Notes under the pieces: generated by a model
What the model was told of the DNA's origin: nothing
Databases searched by the model: none
What the model saw: only the letters and a program-made list of their open reading frames with translations
Program-made: the position numbers and the translations under genes
Shown here: one piece after another, positions 1 through 9,900 of the stretch
Position numbering within the stretch: the stretch's first letter is position 1
Layout: every line of letters begins with the position of its first letter
Assembly: GCA_964622405.1 (NCBI GenBank)
Contig: CAZUQB010000024.1
Span: forward strand, 1-18,042
Source of the DNA: an uncultured Opitutaceae bacterium
GTDB lineage: Bacteria; Verrucomicrobiota; Verrucomicrobiia; Opitutales; Opitutaceae
Reading direction: 5' to 3'
Length of the DNA stretch: 18,042 nt

Positions 1-2
1 AC

Positions 3-124
3 AAGGGCGTCGCGAGCTTCCCGCAGGTGCTCTCGCTGGCGAATGCGGGACGCGAGCAGGATCCGGGCGGTTATCGCGGCGAGTTCATCGACCTCGTCCG
101 GAAGGCGGAAACGATCGTGCGCTG
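3..124 (+). CDS. 3' end (C-terminal ~40 aa) of an unidentified upstream gene; frame 3 reads ...KGVASFPQVLSLANAGREQDPGGYRGEFIDLVRKAETIVR*
   Basis: Open frame from the window edge to TGA at 122-124 with strongly GC-biased third codon positions (ggc gtc gcg agc ttc ccg cag gtg ctc ...), the codon signature of real genes in this window. It is convergent with the first large minus-strand gene. No function recognisable from 40 residues. Confidence 0.4.
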
Positions 125-140
125 AGCGCACGATCGTTTC
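108..140. terminator. Perfect 15-bp inverted repeat GAAACGATCGTGCGC-tga-GCGCACGATCGTTTC. The 3-nt loop is the TGA stop codon of the upstream gene. Likely a bidirectional terminator between convergent genes.
   Basis: Read directly: left arm 108-122, loop 123-125, right arm 126-140, 15/15 complementary. It sits between two convergently transcribed genes (the + gene ending at 124 and the - gene ending at 249). No long U-tract follows on either strand, which is usual in GC-rich genomes. Confidence 0.45.
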
Positions 141-248
141 GGAGTTCGGGACTCGAAATTCGGAATTCGGGTTGGGCTGGCCGACCCAAAGCCTGAGGCC
201 GAAACGAATCCCGGATTTCGAATCCCGAATTCCTGGCGCGCCGCGCGC
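141..248. repeat. Cluster of short interlocking inverted/direct repeats built from GAATTCGGG / CGAAATTCGG / CCCGAATTCC / TTCGAA units, ending in the GC palindrome GGCGCGC-c-GCGCGCC that abuts the stop codon of gene 1
   Basis: The + strand reads ...ggagTTCGGGactCGAAATTCGGAATTCGGGttgggctggccgacccaaagcctgaggCCGAAACGAATCCCGGATTTCGAATCCCGAATTCCtggcgcgccgcgcgcc. GGAATTCGGG at ~165-174 is mirrored by CCCGAATTCC at ~220-229. Between them lie TTGGGCtggccGACCCAA and the CGAATCCCGGATTTCG near-palindromes. Non-coding: no frame has gene-like GC3. Confidence 0.35.
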
Positions 249-3200
249 CTACCGGCGCCGGCGGAGGCGCAGGGCGGGCGCGACCAGCGTGCCGAGACCG
301 AGCGCGAGCAGCGCGTAGGTCGAAGGCTCGGGGACGGCGGTGAAGTTCAGGTAAAGCGTGTTTCCGGTCTGGGAAACCGTGAAGACGGTCGGGCTCCACT
401 GGCCGAGCTGGAAGTTGGTCGCATCGACCGTGAACGCCGAGGCCGAAAAGCCGTTGAGGGTGCCCGTGACCGTGGCGATCGGGAGATTATAGGTATTCCC
501 GAGGGTGAGGTTGGCGAAACCCAGGTTGTTGGAAGTGTCGTACGTGAAGAGCTTCAGGGTGAAGCCGCCCGCGGACGCGGTGATGTTCAGGTTGCCGCTG
601 ATGTTGAGCAGCGAGAGCCCGTCGGCGGTGCCGGGGTCCTTGAGCCCGTAGTTGAACTGGCCGCCGTTCGCGAAGACGACGTCGGTGTTCAGCGTGAGCG
701 TGCCCACGACGCCACCCTCGTTTCCGTCCACGCCGGCCAGACCGGGCGCGATGGTGTGGCCGGTGTCGAACGTGAGCGTGGGGCTGCCCGTCGGGGCGTA
801 GGTGCCAAAACCCATGAGCGCGCCGGTGGTGTAGGTCAGCGGGTTCGTGAAGGTGACCCCGGAATTGAGGGCGATGCCGCCGTAGGGGGCGTTCAGCGTG
901 ACGGTGCCGGAGCCGGCGGCGGAATTGTTGCCCATGGCGAGGACGGCGTGGTCGAGCACGGTTGTGCCGCCGGAGTAGGTGTTGGCGCCGGAGAGAAACG
1001 TGCCCTGCATATGGGACGAGGTGGGCGCGGTGAGGGTCAGGGAGCCGGAGCCGCTGATGATGCCGCCGAAGTCGGTGTCGCGCGAATCGCCGTAGCTGAG
1101 GTCGTAGGTGAGGTTGGTGCCGCCGGGGATGGAGACCGTGCCGCTGTCGCCGGTGAGCCCGTAGATCAGCGGGGCCGTGGCGGCGCCGCCGAAGGTGAGC
1201 GTGCCGGCGCCGGACAGGCCGAAGTTGATCGTGCTGGAGCCGGCGCCGTAGTTGTTGAGCAGCGTGAGCGAGCCGTTGAAGAGCTGGATCGTGCCGAGGA
1301 AGGCGGCGTTGTTGCCGGCGAGGGTGACGCTGAGGGGACTCGCGTTGTAGAGATAGATGGTCGTGGTTTGGTCGCCGGTGATGCTGCCGGAAAGCGTGAA
1401 CGACTGCGTGCCCGTCAGGTAGAGCTGCGGGCCCGAGCCGGTGCCCGGGGCGGAGTTGAACAGGTTGATCGCGTTCGCGAGGTTGATCCCGCCGGAGGTG
1501 GCCTGCAGGCCGGCGATGCCGCCGGATCCGCTGGTGAAGGTGAGCGTCCCCGTGCCGAGGGCGGCGCTGTTGCCGACGGCGAGCGTGGGGCTGCCGATAT
1601 TGCCCGCATTGACCGTGGTGCCGCCGGTGTAGGTGTTGGCGCCGTTGAGGATCACGGTGCCGCTCGAGTAGGGCCCGCTGATGGCCGGGGTGCCGATCAT
1701 GACGGACTTGGGGAACGCGCCGTCAGCGATGGTGCCGTTGACCGTGAGGATGCCAGACTGCGCGGCGGTGAAGCGGAGCGTATTGGCGGCGTTGCTGCCA
1801 TTGGTCACGTTCGTGCCGGTGAACGTGGAGGCGTCGAGCGTGGCGGCGGTGGTGGTGCCGATGAAGACGCCGTCGTTGAAGCCGGTAAGGTCAACGTTGG
1901 AGAGCGTCGTGCCGCCGGTGTCGAAGCCGACGATGCCCCAGGTGCTGGTCTTGTTGAAATTGCCGAGGAACGTCGAGGGCGTGAAGCCGCTGTTGACGGT
2001 GTAGCCAATATAGCTGCTGCCCACGGCGGTCGCGGCGCCGCCGGCGGTGAGGGAGTTGGCCGGGGAGAGGATGGAAAAGGCGTTCGCGCTGTCGAAAATC
2101 AGGAAGCCGTTGCCGACGTTGGTGGTGCCGGAGTAGGTGTTGTAGCCCTGAAGGTAGACGGTGAGCGGAACGGTGCCGTTGGTGCTGCTCAGGGAGACGT
2201 TATGGGTGCCGCTGAGGGCGGACTGGACCTGGAGGATGCCGCCACCGTTGCCGAACTTGTAGTCGGCCGTGCCGTTGGCGGGCGTGATCGTGCCGGTGAT
2301 GATGGCGGTGGTGGCACTGCCCAGGCGGAGATTCGTGTAGCCGGTGAGATTGATGGCGTCGTTGAACGTGGCGGTGGAGCTGCCGGGCAGCGTGTCGAAG
2401 CCGATGCCGCCCGCGGCGCCCACCGGGACGTGGCCGCTGAGGAAGGCGGCGAACTGGCCGGCCGTGTTGTCGGCGAAACCGACGTAGCCGCCGCCGTTGA
2501 TGGTCAGGCTGCCCGACGACGGAATCGAGGCGTTGCTGCCAAAGATGATGTTGCCGCCCACGATCGTGCCGCCCGAGTAGGTGTTGTTGCCGTTGAGAAT
2601 GAAGATGCCCGGACCATTCAGCGTGAGCGACAGGCCGGCGGTCATCTGGGTGATGCCCGCAGCCTGGAACATGATCGGGTTGCGCTGGCTGGCGCCGGGA
2701 ATGGGAATGCTGCCGGCGCCATTGGGGGCGGGGAGGGCGTTCTGGAGGATCGACGCGGCGAAAAGGGCGTTGGTGCCGAGCGTGATCTGGCCGTTAAACC
2801 TGAGCGGGGCATCCCAGCTGCGGAAGGTCACCTGACCTGAGCCGGGGTTCATGAAGGTGAAATTGAAGTTGTTGGTCAGCGTCTGCGTGCCATGGGCGAT
2901 GAGGGTGACGAGCCCACCGTTCGGCACCAGGGTGTAGACGGAACTCGAGCCGAAGGGTGTCGAATTCCAGAACGCCACGCCAACCGACCCGTTGCCGTCG
3001 CCCAGATAGGTGGCGCCCGAGTAGGTGTTGCCGGTGCCGGTGTTGTTGAAGATGAACGTGCCGTTGCCGGAAGCGTCGGACTGGATCAGGTCAAGGGTCG
3101 CGCCGCCGGTGATGTGCCCCGCGAACAGCATGGTGCCGTCCTTGACGTCGAAGACGACGGTGCCGGCGAAGTCGACCGTGACGTTCGGGCCGAAGCGGAG

Positions 3201-3530
3201 GAAGTTGTTCTGGTTGTCGATCAACGCGATTCCGCTGCCCACGTGCAGGGTGGTCGGGGTGGAGGCATCAATCGTGAAGTCGTTGCCACCGCCGACGAAG
3301 ATTCCGTCGACATCATAGTTGGCCGGCAGGGTCGCCTTGTCGTGCAGCCCGTTGGGAAAATAGAGGTCGGCTGAGCCGTCGTTCGGCGGGGCGACGAAGC
3401 CGCCCCAGTTGGCGGTATCGCTGATGGATCGAGTCGTTCCCTGGCCGATCCAGATGAACTGGGCCCGGGCGCTGGCCGCCACCGCCAACATGATAAGCAA
3501 CCCGGCAATAAGGCGCTTTAGGTGCCGCAT
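249..3530 (-). CDS. Large secreted PEP-CTERM protein (1093 aa) composed of passenger-associated / 'autotransporter-associated' beta-strand repeats (G.NTY[ST]GGT.V core). Putative exosortase-sorted surface adhesin/S-layer-like protein, paralog 1 of 4.
   Basis: ATG at 3528-3530. N-terminal signal peptide MRHLKRLIAGLLIMLAVAASARA|QFIWIGQG. At least 12 repeats with motifs NTYSGGT/NTYTGGTTV/NTYSGATYL. Extreme Gly/Thr/Asn/Ser composition. C-terminus TAVPEPSTYALLALGLGTLVAPALRLRRRR is VPEP + hydrophobic helix + Arg cluster, a canonical PEP-CTERM sorting signal. Stop TAG at 249-251. Function inferred from domain-family knowledge, not demonstrated. Confidence 0.85.
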   Translation of the reverse strand: MRHLKRLIAGLLIMLAVAASARAQFIWIGQGTTRSISDTANWGGFVAPPNDGSADLYFPNGLHDKATLPANYDVDGIFVGGGNDFTIDASTPTTLHVGSGIALIDNQNNFLRFGPNVTVDFAGTVVFDVKDGTMLFAGHITGGATLDLIQSDASGNGTFIFNNTGTGNTYSGATYLGDGNGSVGVAFWNSTPFGSSSVYTLVPNGGLVTLIAHGTQTLTNNFNFTFMNPGSGQVTFRSWDAPLRFNGQITLGTNALFAASILQNALPAPNGAGSIPIPGASQRNPIMFQAAGITQMTAGLSLTLNGPGIFILNGNNTYSGGTIVGGNIIFGSNASIPSSGSLTINGGGYVGFADNTAGQFAAFLSGHVPVGAAGGIGFDTLPGSSTATFNDAINLTGYTNLRLGSATTAIITGTITPANGTADYKFGNGGGILQVQSALSGTHNVSLSSTNGTVPLTVYLQGYNTYSGTTNVGNGFLIFDSANAFSILSPANSLTAGGAATAVGSSYIGYTVNSGFTPSTFLGNFNKTSTWGIVGFDTGGTTLSNVDLTGFNDGVFIGTTTAATLDASTFTGTNVTNGSNAANTLRFTAAQSGILTVNGTIADGAFPKSVMIGTPAISGPYSSGTVILNGANTYTGGTTVNAGNIGSPTLAVGNSAALGTGTLTFTSGSGGIAGLQATSGGINLANAINLFNSAPGTGSGPQLYLTGTQSFTLSGSITGDQTTTIYLYNASPLSVTLAGNNAAFLGTIQLFNGSLTLLNNYGAGSSTINFGLSGAGTLTFGGAATAPLIYGLTGDSGTVSIPGGTNLTYDLSYGDSRDTDFGGIISGSGSLTLTAPTSSHMQGTFLSGANTYSGGTTVLDHAVLAMGNNSAAGSGTVTLNAPYGGIALNSGVTFTNPLTYTTGALMGFGTYAPTGSPTLTFDTGHTIAPGLAGVDGNEGGVVGTLTLNTDVVFANGGQFNYGLKDPGTADGLSLLNISGNLNITASAGGFTLKLFTYDTSNNLGFANLTLGNTYNLPIATVTGTLNGFSASAFTVDATNFQLGQWSPTVFTVSQTGNTLYLNFTAVPEPSTYALLALGLGTLVAPALRLRRRR

Positions 3531-3600
3531 AAGCCACCGTCATAAAAAACGGCGCTCCGGGCAAGGGGAAATACCTCAGCCGCAACGGTCAGAACCCGAA

Positions 3601-6600
3601 CTAGGACACCCGCCGGCGGCGAACAACCCAGCCCAGCGCACCGAGACCGGTCGCGAGCAGGGCGTAGGTGGAAGGCTCGGGCACGGGGGTGAACGTGAGC
3701 TGGAGCAGGGTGCCACTCTGGCTGAACGAGAACGTGCCGGGGCCGATGTCCGCGGTGAACGCGGACGTGTCGAGGTTGAAGGCCGCCGCATTGAACGAGC
3801 CGCCACCGAACACAATCGAGTTCGTGCTGAACACGGTCCAGGTGTAGGGCTGGTTCAGGAATCCCACCGCCGTGCCCGGGGTGCCGGTGGGCCCGAGCGA
3901 GATCAGCTTGAGCGTGAAGGGCGTGCCGGGTGCGACTGACGCGTCAACCGTCAGCTGGGAGCTGACCGTGATGATGTCCCAGCCGTCGCCGCCACCTTGG
4001 TCCGGATTGCGGAGGTTCCATTCCAGGACGCCGCCGGCCATCAGGGTCATGTTGCTGAGATTGAGGGCGCCGACGTCGGTGTTGCCAAACACGCCGGGCG
4101 AGAGAATGCCGGTGGATGAAATTGTCACCGCACCGCTGGTGCCGCCCACGCCGGCCAGCCGTCCGCCGTTGTCGACCACGAGCGGATTGGACATGGAATA
4201 ATTGGTGAAGTGATCGAAGGTCAGCGTGCCGCCGTGGACCCAGATCGTCGGGGTGCCCGAGGCGAGGGTCATCCCGTTGCTGCCGAAGACGAGATTGCCG
4301 GCATTGACCTGCACGATGACCTGGGGAGATCCGGGCAGGGTCGCCTCGACCGTGCCATTGCTCGTGTAGATGCCGGCCGCGTCGAGCGTCAGCGCGCCGG
4401 AGCCCGCCTTCACGAACCGGAAATTGTCCGGCGTGGCCTGGGAATAGATATAACCCTGGAAGGTGCTGTCGAACGACTGGTTGACCGTCAGGACGGTGTT
4501 GGTCTGGGTCGCGTACAGCGTGGGGTAATCCTCATCCGTGGTGGTCTCAAGACCGTAGACCACCGGGGCGGCGCTGTCGAAGTACACCTCGCCGGTGGAG
4601 TTGCCGAACGCGAGTCGGCCGGTGCCGAGGGAGTGGTCGGTCTCCACGTAGAGCTTGCTGTAACCCTCGAGATAGACCCCGCCGCTGAAATCGTTGGCGT
4701 CATTGGCCAGGACGGTGGAGGAGCTGTAATACGGATTCTCGAGGTACAAGCCGCCCGAGCCGCTGATCTTGCCGGTGAACATCACCGAGTTGCTGGTCTC
4801 GCCGATGGCCAGCGTCGTGTTGAGCTGGATCGCGTTCGCGATGATGATGTCGCCGGCGGTCGAGAGCTTCGGGAAGATCTTGCTCCCGGTCTCGGTCCAG
4901 GCGGTGGGCAGCGTCATGGGCTGCACCACCAGCGTGCCGGTGCCAAGGGCCGACGTCGGGTCAGTGCCCTGTTCGCCGTTCTGCTGGCCGACGAACAACT
5001 CGCCGGCATAGAGCGTGACGTTGCCGGTGAGCGTGCTGTTGTCGCCCCGCAGGTAGACCGTGGAGTAGATCTCGTTGATGTAGTCGCCGAAGGTCCCGGG
5101 CGAATTGGGATCGCCGATCACGACCCCCGCCGAGCCGCTGAGGGTCGAGTCCACCTCCAGCAATCCGCCCTTGTAGCCGGCGAAGCGGTAGGGGTCGGTG
5201 CCGCCGTTGGTCGTGGTGATCGTGCCGTTGAGAATGAGGCCGGGCTGGATGCCGTAGTCGGTGTAGCCGGTGGTCGCCGTGCCGAGGTACAGGCTGCCGG
5301 TGAAGCCCGAGAGATTGATCGGACGGGACAGGTAACGGCCGCCGGAAGGCGTGCCGTCGAAGCCGATCATGCCGGTCGACGTGGTCGTGATCGTGTTGAG
5401 GAAGGCGGCGATGTCGGAGTCGTCCGGGGTGTCGTCGCCGGAATTCGCGCTCTCCGTGCCGACGTAGCCGCCGGCATTGATCGTGACCGTGTGGGTGCCG
5501 GTCGGCTGCGAGGTGTCACCGAAAACCACGCCCGAATTGGTCACGGTCGTGGTGCCGCTGTAGTTGTTGGACCCGCTGAGGTACAGCGTCAAGGGAAGCG
5601 CGGCCGGCGAATCGACCACGAGATTGCGGGCGCCGGTGAGGGCGGAGGAGACCTCCAGCCAGCCGCCGCCGCCGCCGAAGCGGTAGTCGGTGCCCTGCGG
5701 CGTGATGGTGCCGGCGAGGGAGGCCTTGGTCGCCGAGCCCAGTCGGGCGGTGGAGCCAAAACCCGTCAGGTCGATTGAGTTCGTCCACATCGTCGGGTAC
5801 GACGACGAGGGATCGGTGTCGAAGCCGATCGTGCCGAGCGTGGCGGCCTTGTTGAAGCGGTCGATGAACGTGGTCTGGAGATTGTACATCTCCGTGTTGT
5901 CGTCGCCGAAGCCCACGTAACCGTTGGCACCGACCGTGAACGCATTGCTCACCGGGAGGGCGGGCAGCGTGCCCTGGGTGGTGAAGATCAGGACGCCGTT
6001 GTTGACGACGGTGCCGCCGGTGTAGCCGGAGGACGAGTCGATCACGGTCCAGCCGGGGCCGGTGAAGGTGAGCTGCAGCCCGGGGGTCGCCTCAACGATG
6101 GGGGTCTCGATCCAGGTGGGCCGGCCGTGCGAATCGACCGTGGTGTTGGCATTCAGCGTGAGGGTGGTGCTGCCGGTGGTGGAAAGGTAAAGGTCGACCT
6201 TGTTGACGAAGCTGAGGAGACCGTTGCTGACGATGTTGTTGTTGATCTCGACGTAGTCGGAGCTGGAGTCGTACGGGTCGCGCAGCGTCATCAGCGTGCC
6301 GCCATTGAAGGTCACCGTGCCCGTGCCGAAAACCTCCGAGATTTCGTCGTACAGGGCATGGATGGCCACCGTGCCCGCGTTGAGGTTCAGTCCGCCGGTC
6401 CAAATGCTGTAGTAGTCATCCAGTTCCAGCGTGCCGGCGCCGGTCTTGGTGATCGTGAACGGCCCGGTGTTTTCCTTGATCACGTTGTCGATCACGAACG
6501 TGCCACCCTGGATGTTCCAGGTCTGGTTCGCCTCGAGCATGACCCGCCCGTACAGCGTGGAGGTCACCGAGCCGCTGGGGGAGTACACGATGCCCCCGGA

Positions 6601-6912
6601 GCCAAGATGCGTGGTATCGTAGTCGCCGACCAGTTCATAGGGCCGGGTATTGCCGGACACGGTGATCTTGTTCGCGTAAAGATCGTAGTAGTGCACCTCG
6701 GTGCGCCGGGAGTCGCCGAACACGATCTGGGTGTTGGCGAGGTCGTTCAACGGGACCGACCCGTTGAGCCAGTTGTACGAATAGGAGGTGTCGGGGTACT
6801 GCCCGAGTCCGGTCCAGGTATAGACTACGGTCTGGGCTCGGCCCACCAACGCCAGTACGCTGCCTGCCAAGGCCAGCGCGAACAGCGTGCGCGTTTTCAC
6901 GCGTGCCACCAT
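3601..6912 (-). CDS. Large secreted PEP-CTERM protein (1103 aa) with PATR-type beta-strand repeats; paralog 2 of 4
   Basis: ATG at 6910-6912, preceded on the minus strand by GAGGAGG (SD-like, short 1-nt spacing). Signal peptide MVARVKTRTLFALALAGSVLALVGRA|QTVVYTWTG. Repeat cores NNYSGTTTV, GGTVVNNG. C-terminus TPVPEPSTYALLATGLGALGWVVRRRRVS (PEP-CTERM). Shares the pre-PEP-CTERM module (..SPGVFGN.DVGALNL....GGVLEW...DQ...GWD.ITVS..LTV......PFTLKLISLG..) with the other three genes. Confidence 0.85.
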   Translation of the reverse strand: MVARVKTRTLFALALAGSVLALVGRAQTVVYTWTGLGQYPDTSYSYNWLNGSVPLNDLANTQIVFGDSRRTEVHYYDLYANKITVSGNTRPYELVGDYDTTHLGSGGIVYSPSGSVTSTLYGRVMLEANQTWNIQGGTFVIDNVIKENTGPFTITKTGAGTLELDDYYSIWTGGLNLNAGTVAIHALYDEISEVFGTGTVTFNGGTLMTLRDPYDSSSDYVEINNNIVSNGLLSFVNKVDLYLSTTGSTTLTLNANTTVDSHGRPTWIETPIVEATPGLQLTFTGPGWTVIDSSSGYTGGTVVNNGVLIFTTQGTLPALPVSNAFTVGANGYVGFGDDNTEMYNLQTTFIDRFNKAATLGTIGFDTDPSSSYPTMWTNSIDLTGFGSTARLGSATKASLAGTITPQGTDYRFGGGGGWLEVSSALTGARNLVVDSPAALPLTLYLSGSNNYSGTTTVTNSGVVFGDTSQPTGTHTVTINAGGYVGTESANSGDDTPDDSDIAAFLNTITTTSTGMIGFDGTPSGGRYLSRPINLSGFTGSLYLGTATTGYTDYGIQPGLILNGTITTTNGGTDPYRFAGYKGGLLEVDSTLSGSAGVVIGDPNSPGTFGDYINEIYSTVYLRGDNSTLTGNVTLYAGELFVGQQNGEQGTDPTSALGTGTLVVQPMTLPTAWTETGSKIFPKLSTAGDIIIANAIQLNTTLAIGETSNSVMFTGKISGSGGLYLENPYYSSSTVLANDANDFSGGVYLEGYSKLYVETDHSLGTGRLAFGNSTGEVYFDSAAPVVYGLETTTDEDYPTLYATQTNTVLTVNQSFDSTFQGYIYSQATPDNFRFVKAGSGALTLDAAGIYTSNGTVEATLPGSPQVIVQVNAGNLVFGSNGMTLASGTPTIWVHGGTLTFDHFTNYSMSNPLVVDNGGRLAGVGGTSGAVTISSTGILSPGVFGNTDVGALNLSNMTLMAGGVLEWNLRNPDQGGGDGWDIITVSSQLTVDASVAPGTPFTLKLISLGPTGTPGTAVGFLNQPYTWTVFSTNSIVFGGGSFNAAAFNLDTSAFTADIGPGTFSFSQSGTLLQLTFTPVPEPSTYALLATGLGALGWVVRRRRVS

Positions 6913-6930
6913 GCCTCCTCAGGAAATGAG

Positions 6931-6956
6931 CCTCAAGCAAAACATTTGCTTGAAGG
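6931..6956. promoter_or_regulatory. Near-perfect hairpin CCTCAAGCAAA-aca-TTTGCTTGAAGG in the 58-bp spacer between gene 3 (stop) and gene 2 (start). Possible intercistronic attenuator/terminator or RNA-processing/protein-binding site.
   Basis: Seen directly: CAAGCAAA (6934-6941) pairs with TTTGCTTG (6945-6952), and CCT/AAGG extends the stem with one bulged A. The local sequence is AT-rich relative to the window. On the minus strand the hairpin is followed by CTCATTTCCTGAGGAGGcATG, an SD-like GAGGAGG and the start of gene 2. Confidence 0.35.
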
Positions 6957-6970
6957 CCCCGGCTGATTGC

Positions 6971-9900
6971 CTAGCTGCGGGTGCGCTTTTTGCGCCAGAG
7001 GACGGCGCCGGAACCCAGCCCGAGCAGCATCAGGAGGTAAGTGGAGGGCTCGGGGACGGGACTGAAGTTGAGGTAAACATCGTTTCCGACCGCAGTAACG
7101 TAGAACCCGCCGATGCCGGTGCTGTTGGTGAAATTGGTCGTCTGAATCTGAATGGCGGAGGCGTCGAAGCCGGTGATGCCATCAGTATGGGCGATCAGCC
7201 AGGCGTAACCGGTGCTGGAATTGAAGTCGCCGATGTTGCCGGGGTTGCCGCTGCCATCGAGCGAGATGAGGCGGATGGTGAAGGGCGAGCCGAGGGTGGC
7301 ATTGAACGTGAGCCCGCCGGTGACATCGATCGAGTCGTAGCCGACACCGCGCGCTCCGCCGGCGGTCTGGATCTCGACGTCGTAGTTGCCATTGACGCCC
7401 CAGGTGGTGCCGCTGGCGAAAGTGAGGAGACCGACCGAATTGCCGGGAGCGAGATCGACGCCGCCGCTGACCGTGATGGGGCTGCCCCAGGTGCCGTTGC
7501 CGCCGAGCGTGGCGCTGCCGGAGAACGAGACCGGGTTGCTGATGACCACCCCGCTGACAATGCTGAGGCGACCGCCGCTGAAAGAGATGTTTCCAGTGCC
7601 GAGGGCGCTGTTGCTGCCCGCCACCAGCGTGCCGCCGTAGAGAACCGTGCCGCCGGTGTACGTGTTCGTGCCGGACAGCACATTGTACCCGCCGTAGTTG
7701 GAGACGGTGACGTTCCCGGTGATCTGCACATTGGCGCCACTGGAGGTGCCGTCCTTGGTTAGATAGTAGGGCGAAGACTTGGTGGCGCCGGTGTCGAATT
7801 GGACCAGCGCCCCGCCGCCGCCGCTGGTGATGGTGCTGGCATTGATGGTGCCGGCGTATGGGCTGTATTCACTCTCGCCGATCATCAGGGTGCCGTAGCT
7901 GCCGGATCCGACGCCGAGCGTGATGGTGCCACTGCCGCTGCCAACGTTGAGAAGGGACTGCCCGACCAGCTCGAGAATGCCGGTGCCGCCATTGTGGCCG
8001 ACATTGATGCTGGTGGCGACATCCCAGCGGCTGCCGGTGCCGGTCAGAACGAGGTTGCCATACGCGCTGTCGAGCCCGATTTCGCCCGAGTTGCTGGTGA
8101 CGACGCCGCCGTTCTGGACGACGAGGTGGCCGTTGCCGCCGCCGGATCCGACGTAGAGATAGCCGGTGTTGTTCCAGGCGCTCCCGGCCCCGTCGATCGT
8201 GGCCGTGCCGGCCGCCACATAGCCGATGGAGCCGCGCCCGGCGGAGACCACGCCGCCCGCCTCGATGCTGAGGTAGCCGTGGCCCGAGCCGAAGGCGCCG
8301 ATGATGATCTCGTCCGTGGTGCTCAGCAGACTGCCGGCATCGGACACGGTGAGGTAGCCGTAGCCGCTCTCGCCGACGAACGTGCCGTACGCGGAGGCGT
8401 GGCCGCCCTTGGAGACGGTGAAGTCGCCGTCACCATTGGCGCCAATGGTCAGGGAACTGCCGACGGTCAGCGTGCTGCCCGCGCCGTCCACGGTCATCCC
8501 GCCCCAGCTGTAGGAATTCTCGCCCAGCACCACGTTGTTGGCCGCGACAGTCCCGCCCTTGGTCACATCGAGCTCGCCTTCGTCGCTCTCATTGACGCCA
8601 ACCACCAGGTCAGCGCCGGGATGATTGACCTGGCCGTCGCTGGTGACCTCGAGCGTGCCATTTTCGACGGTGGTGCCGCCGGTGTACGTGTTCGCGCCGC
8701 TGAGCGTGAGGATGTTGTTGCTGGACAGGACCAACCCGCCGGTGCCGGTGATTACGCCGTCGAACAGGCCGTCCTCCACCTGGCGAATGGTGAGCGTGCC
8801 GGAGCCGAGATTGACCTGGGTGGCCCAGTCGCCGCTCAGTCCGCCGATGACGGGGTGGGCCGAGGTGAAGATCGCCTGGGCGTCGGCGCCGTCGAAGTTG
8901 CGCAGACTCAGCATGCCGTTGCCGGCCGAATAGTCCCCGGTGAAGGCCACCGTGCCGCTGGAGATTTCCAGGCGGGAGTAAAGGCCGCTGTTGTCGCCGC
9001 TGAACGTGACCTGGCCGGTGCCGAACTTGCGGAGGGTGGTCGAGTATTCGTAGGCGCTCGTGAGGTCGCCCGAGAGCGTGAAATCAAACGTGCCGCCGAC
9101 TTCGAAATTGGTGGTGGTGCCCGTGTCGATGGGGTTGGCGATCGTGAGATCGGCCGTGTTGGTGCTGAGCCACGGGATGGAATTGCCGTAGGCCGAAACC
9201 GTAAGCTGCCCGGTGCCGAGGGCCGAGGCATGACCGAGGATGAGGCCGCCCGACTGCAGGGTCGTGCCGCCGCCGTAGGTGTTGTTGCCGTTCAGGGTGA
9301 CGCTCGGCCGGAAGTTCGAGCCCACCGGTGTCAGACTATAGATGAGCTCGTCGTCCTGACCGATCCGGACCGCGTTCCCGGCGCCCGTGAGGGCGGAGTT
9401 GATCGTCAGCTGTCCATCCCGGAAACCGGTGAAACGGAATTCGGTGCCGATGGGCGTGATCGTGCCGTTCAGGATGACGGCGGTGGACGTGCCGAGATAG
9501 ATGTCGCTGGAAAAGTCGGTCGCGGACAGGTCGATGGCCTCGTTGATGGTCCGGGGTGAGGCCGGATTGGTGGAGTCGAAGCCCACCACGCCGTAGGTGT
9601 AGCCGGTGTTGAACAGGTTGAAGAACGAGCTGACCGACAGTCCGGTCGCCTCGGTGTAGCCCACGTAGGCGCCGTAGTCGGACTCGAGCACGCCGGAGGT
9701 GACCGCGCCGGGCGAGGCCAGGATCGCGGCGCCGCCATGGTGCGCGTAGGTGTACCCCGTGTAATCGTTGGTGCCGGCCAGGAACAGCTGGAGACCGTCC
9801 GAAACCTCGACGCTGTTCGCCCCGGTCAGGTTGGAGTTGACCGTGAGAACGCCGCGCCCGCCGAAGAGGTAGGCATTCGTCCCCGGCGTGATTGTACCGT

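Noticed and set aside
160-232. Multiple GAATTC (EcoRI) sites as evidence of a cloning-vector junction or engineered sequence
   Set aside because: The GAATTC strings are embedded in a coherent set of native-looking inverted repeats flanked by genes with consistent codon usage. Nothing else suggests vector sequence.
43-399. ORFs 43-318 (+) and 85-399 (-) spanning the first intergenic region
   Set aside because: Both run through the palindrome and repeat cluster and into the neighbouring gene. The translations are Arg/Ser/Ala junk. The genuine coding frame at the window start is frame 3, ending at TGA 122-124.
756-2840. Long plus-strand ORFs antisense to the four large genes (756-2840, 4210-5778, 6127-6966, 6887-7762, 7799-9559, 9737-11113, 12240-12998, 13167-14405, 14421-15701) and long out-of-frame minus ORFs (9999-10931, 13795-15402)
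   Set aside because: Their translations are low-complexity Gly/Ala/Arg/Glu/Asp strings, typical of antisense or frameshifted reading of GC-rich genes. They lack signal peptides and domains, and lie entirely inside well-supported genes with repeat/PEP-CTERM architecture on the other strand or frame. They are compositional artifacts of ~67% GC.
3531-3600. Putative terminator in the 70-bp gene 2 / gene 1 spacer (the minus strand has GCCGTTTTTT)
   Set aside because: The T-run is not preceded by a convincing stem (only a 3-bp CGG/CCG pairing). The T-rich stretch more likely belongs to the gene 1 ribosome-binding region (…TTTTTTATGACGGTGGCTTATG). It is left unannotated.
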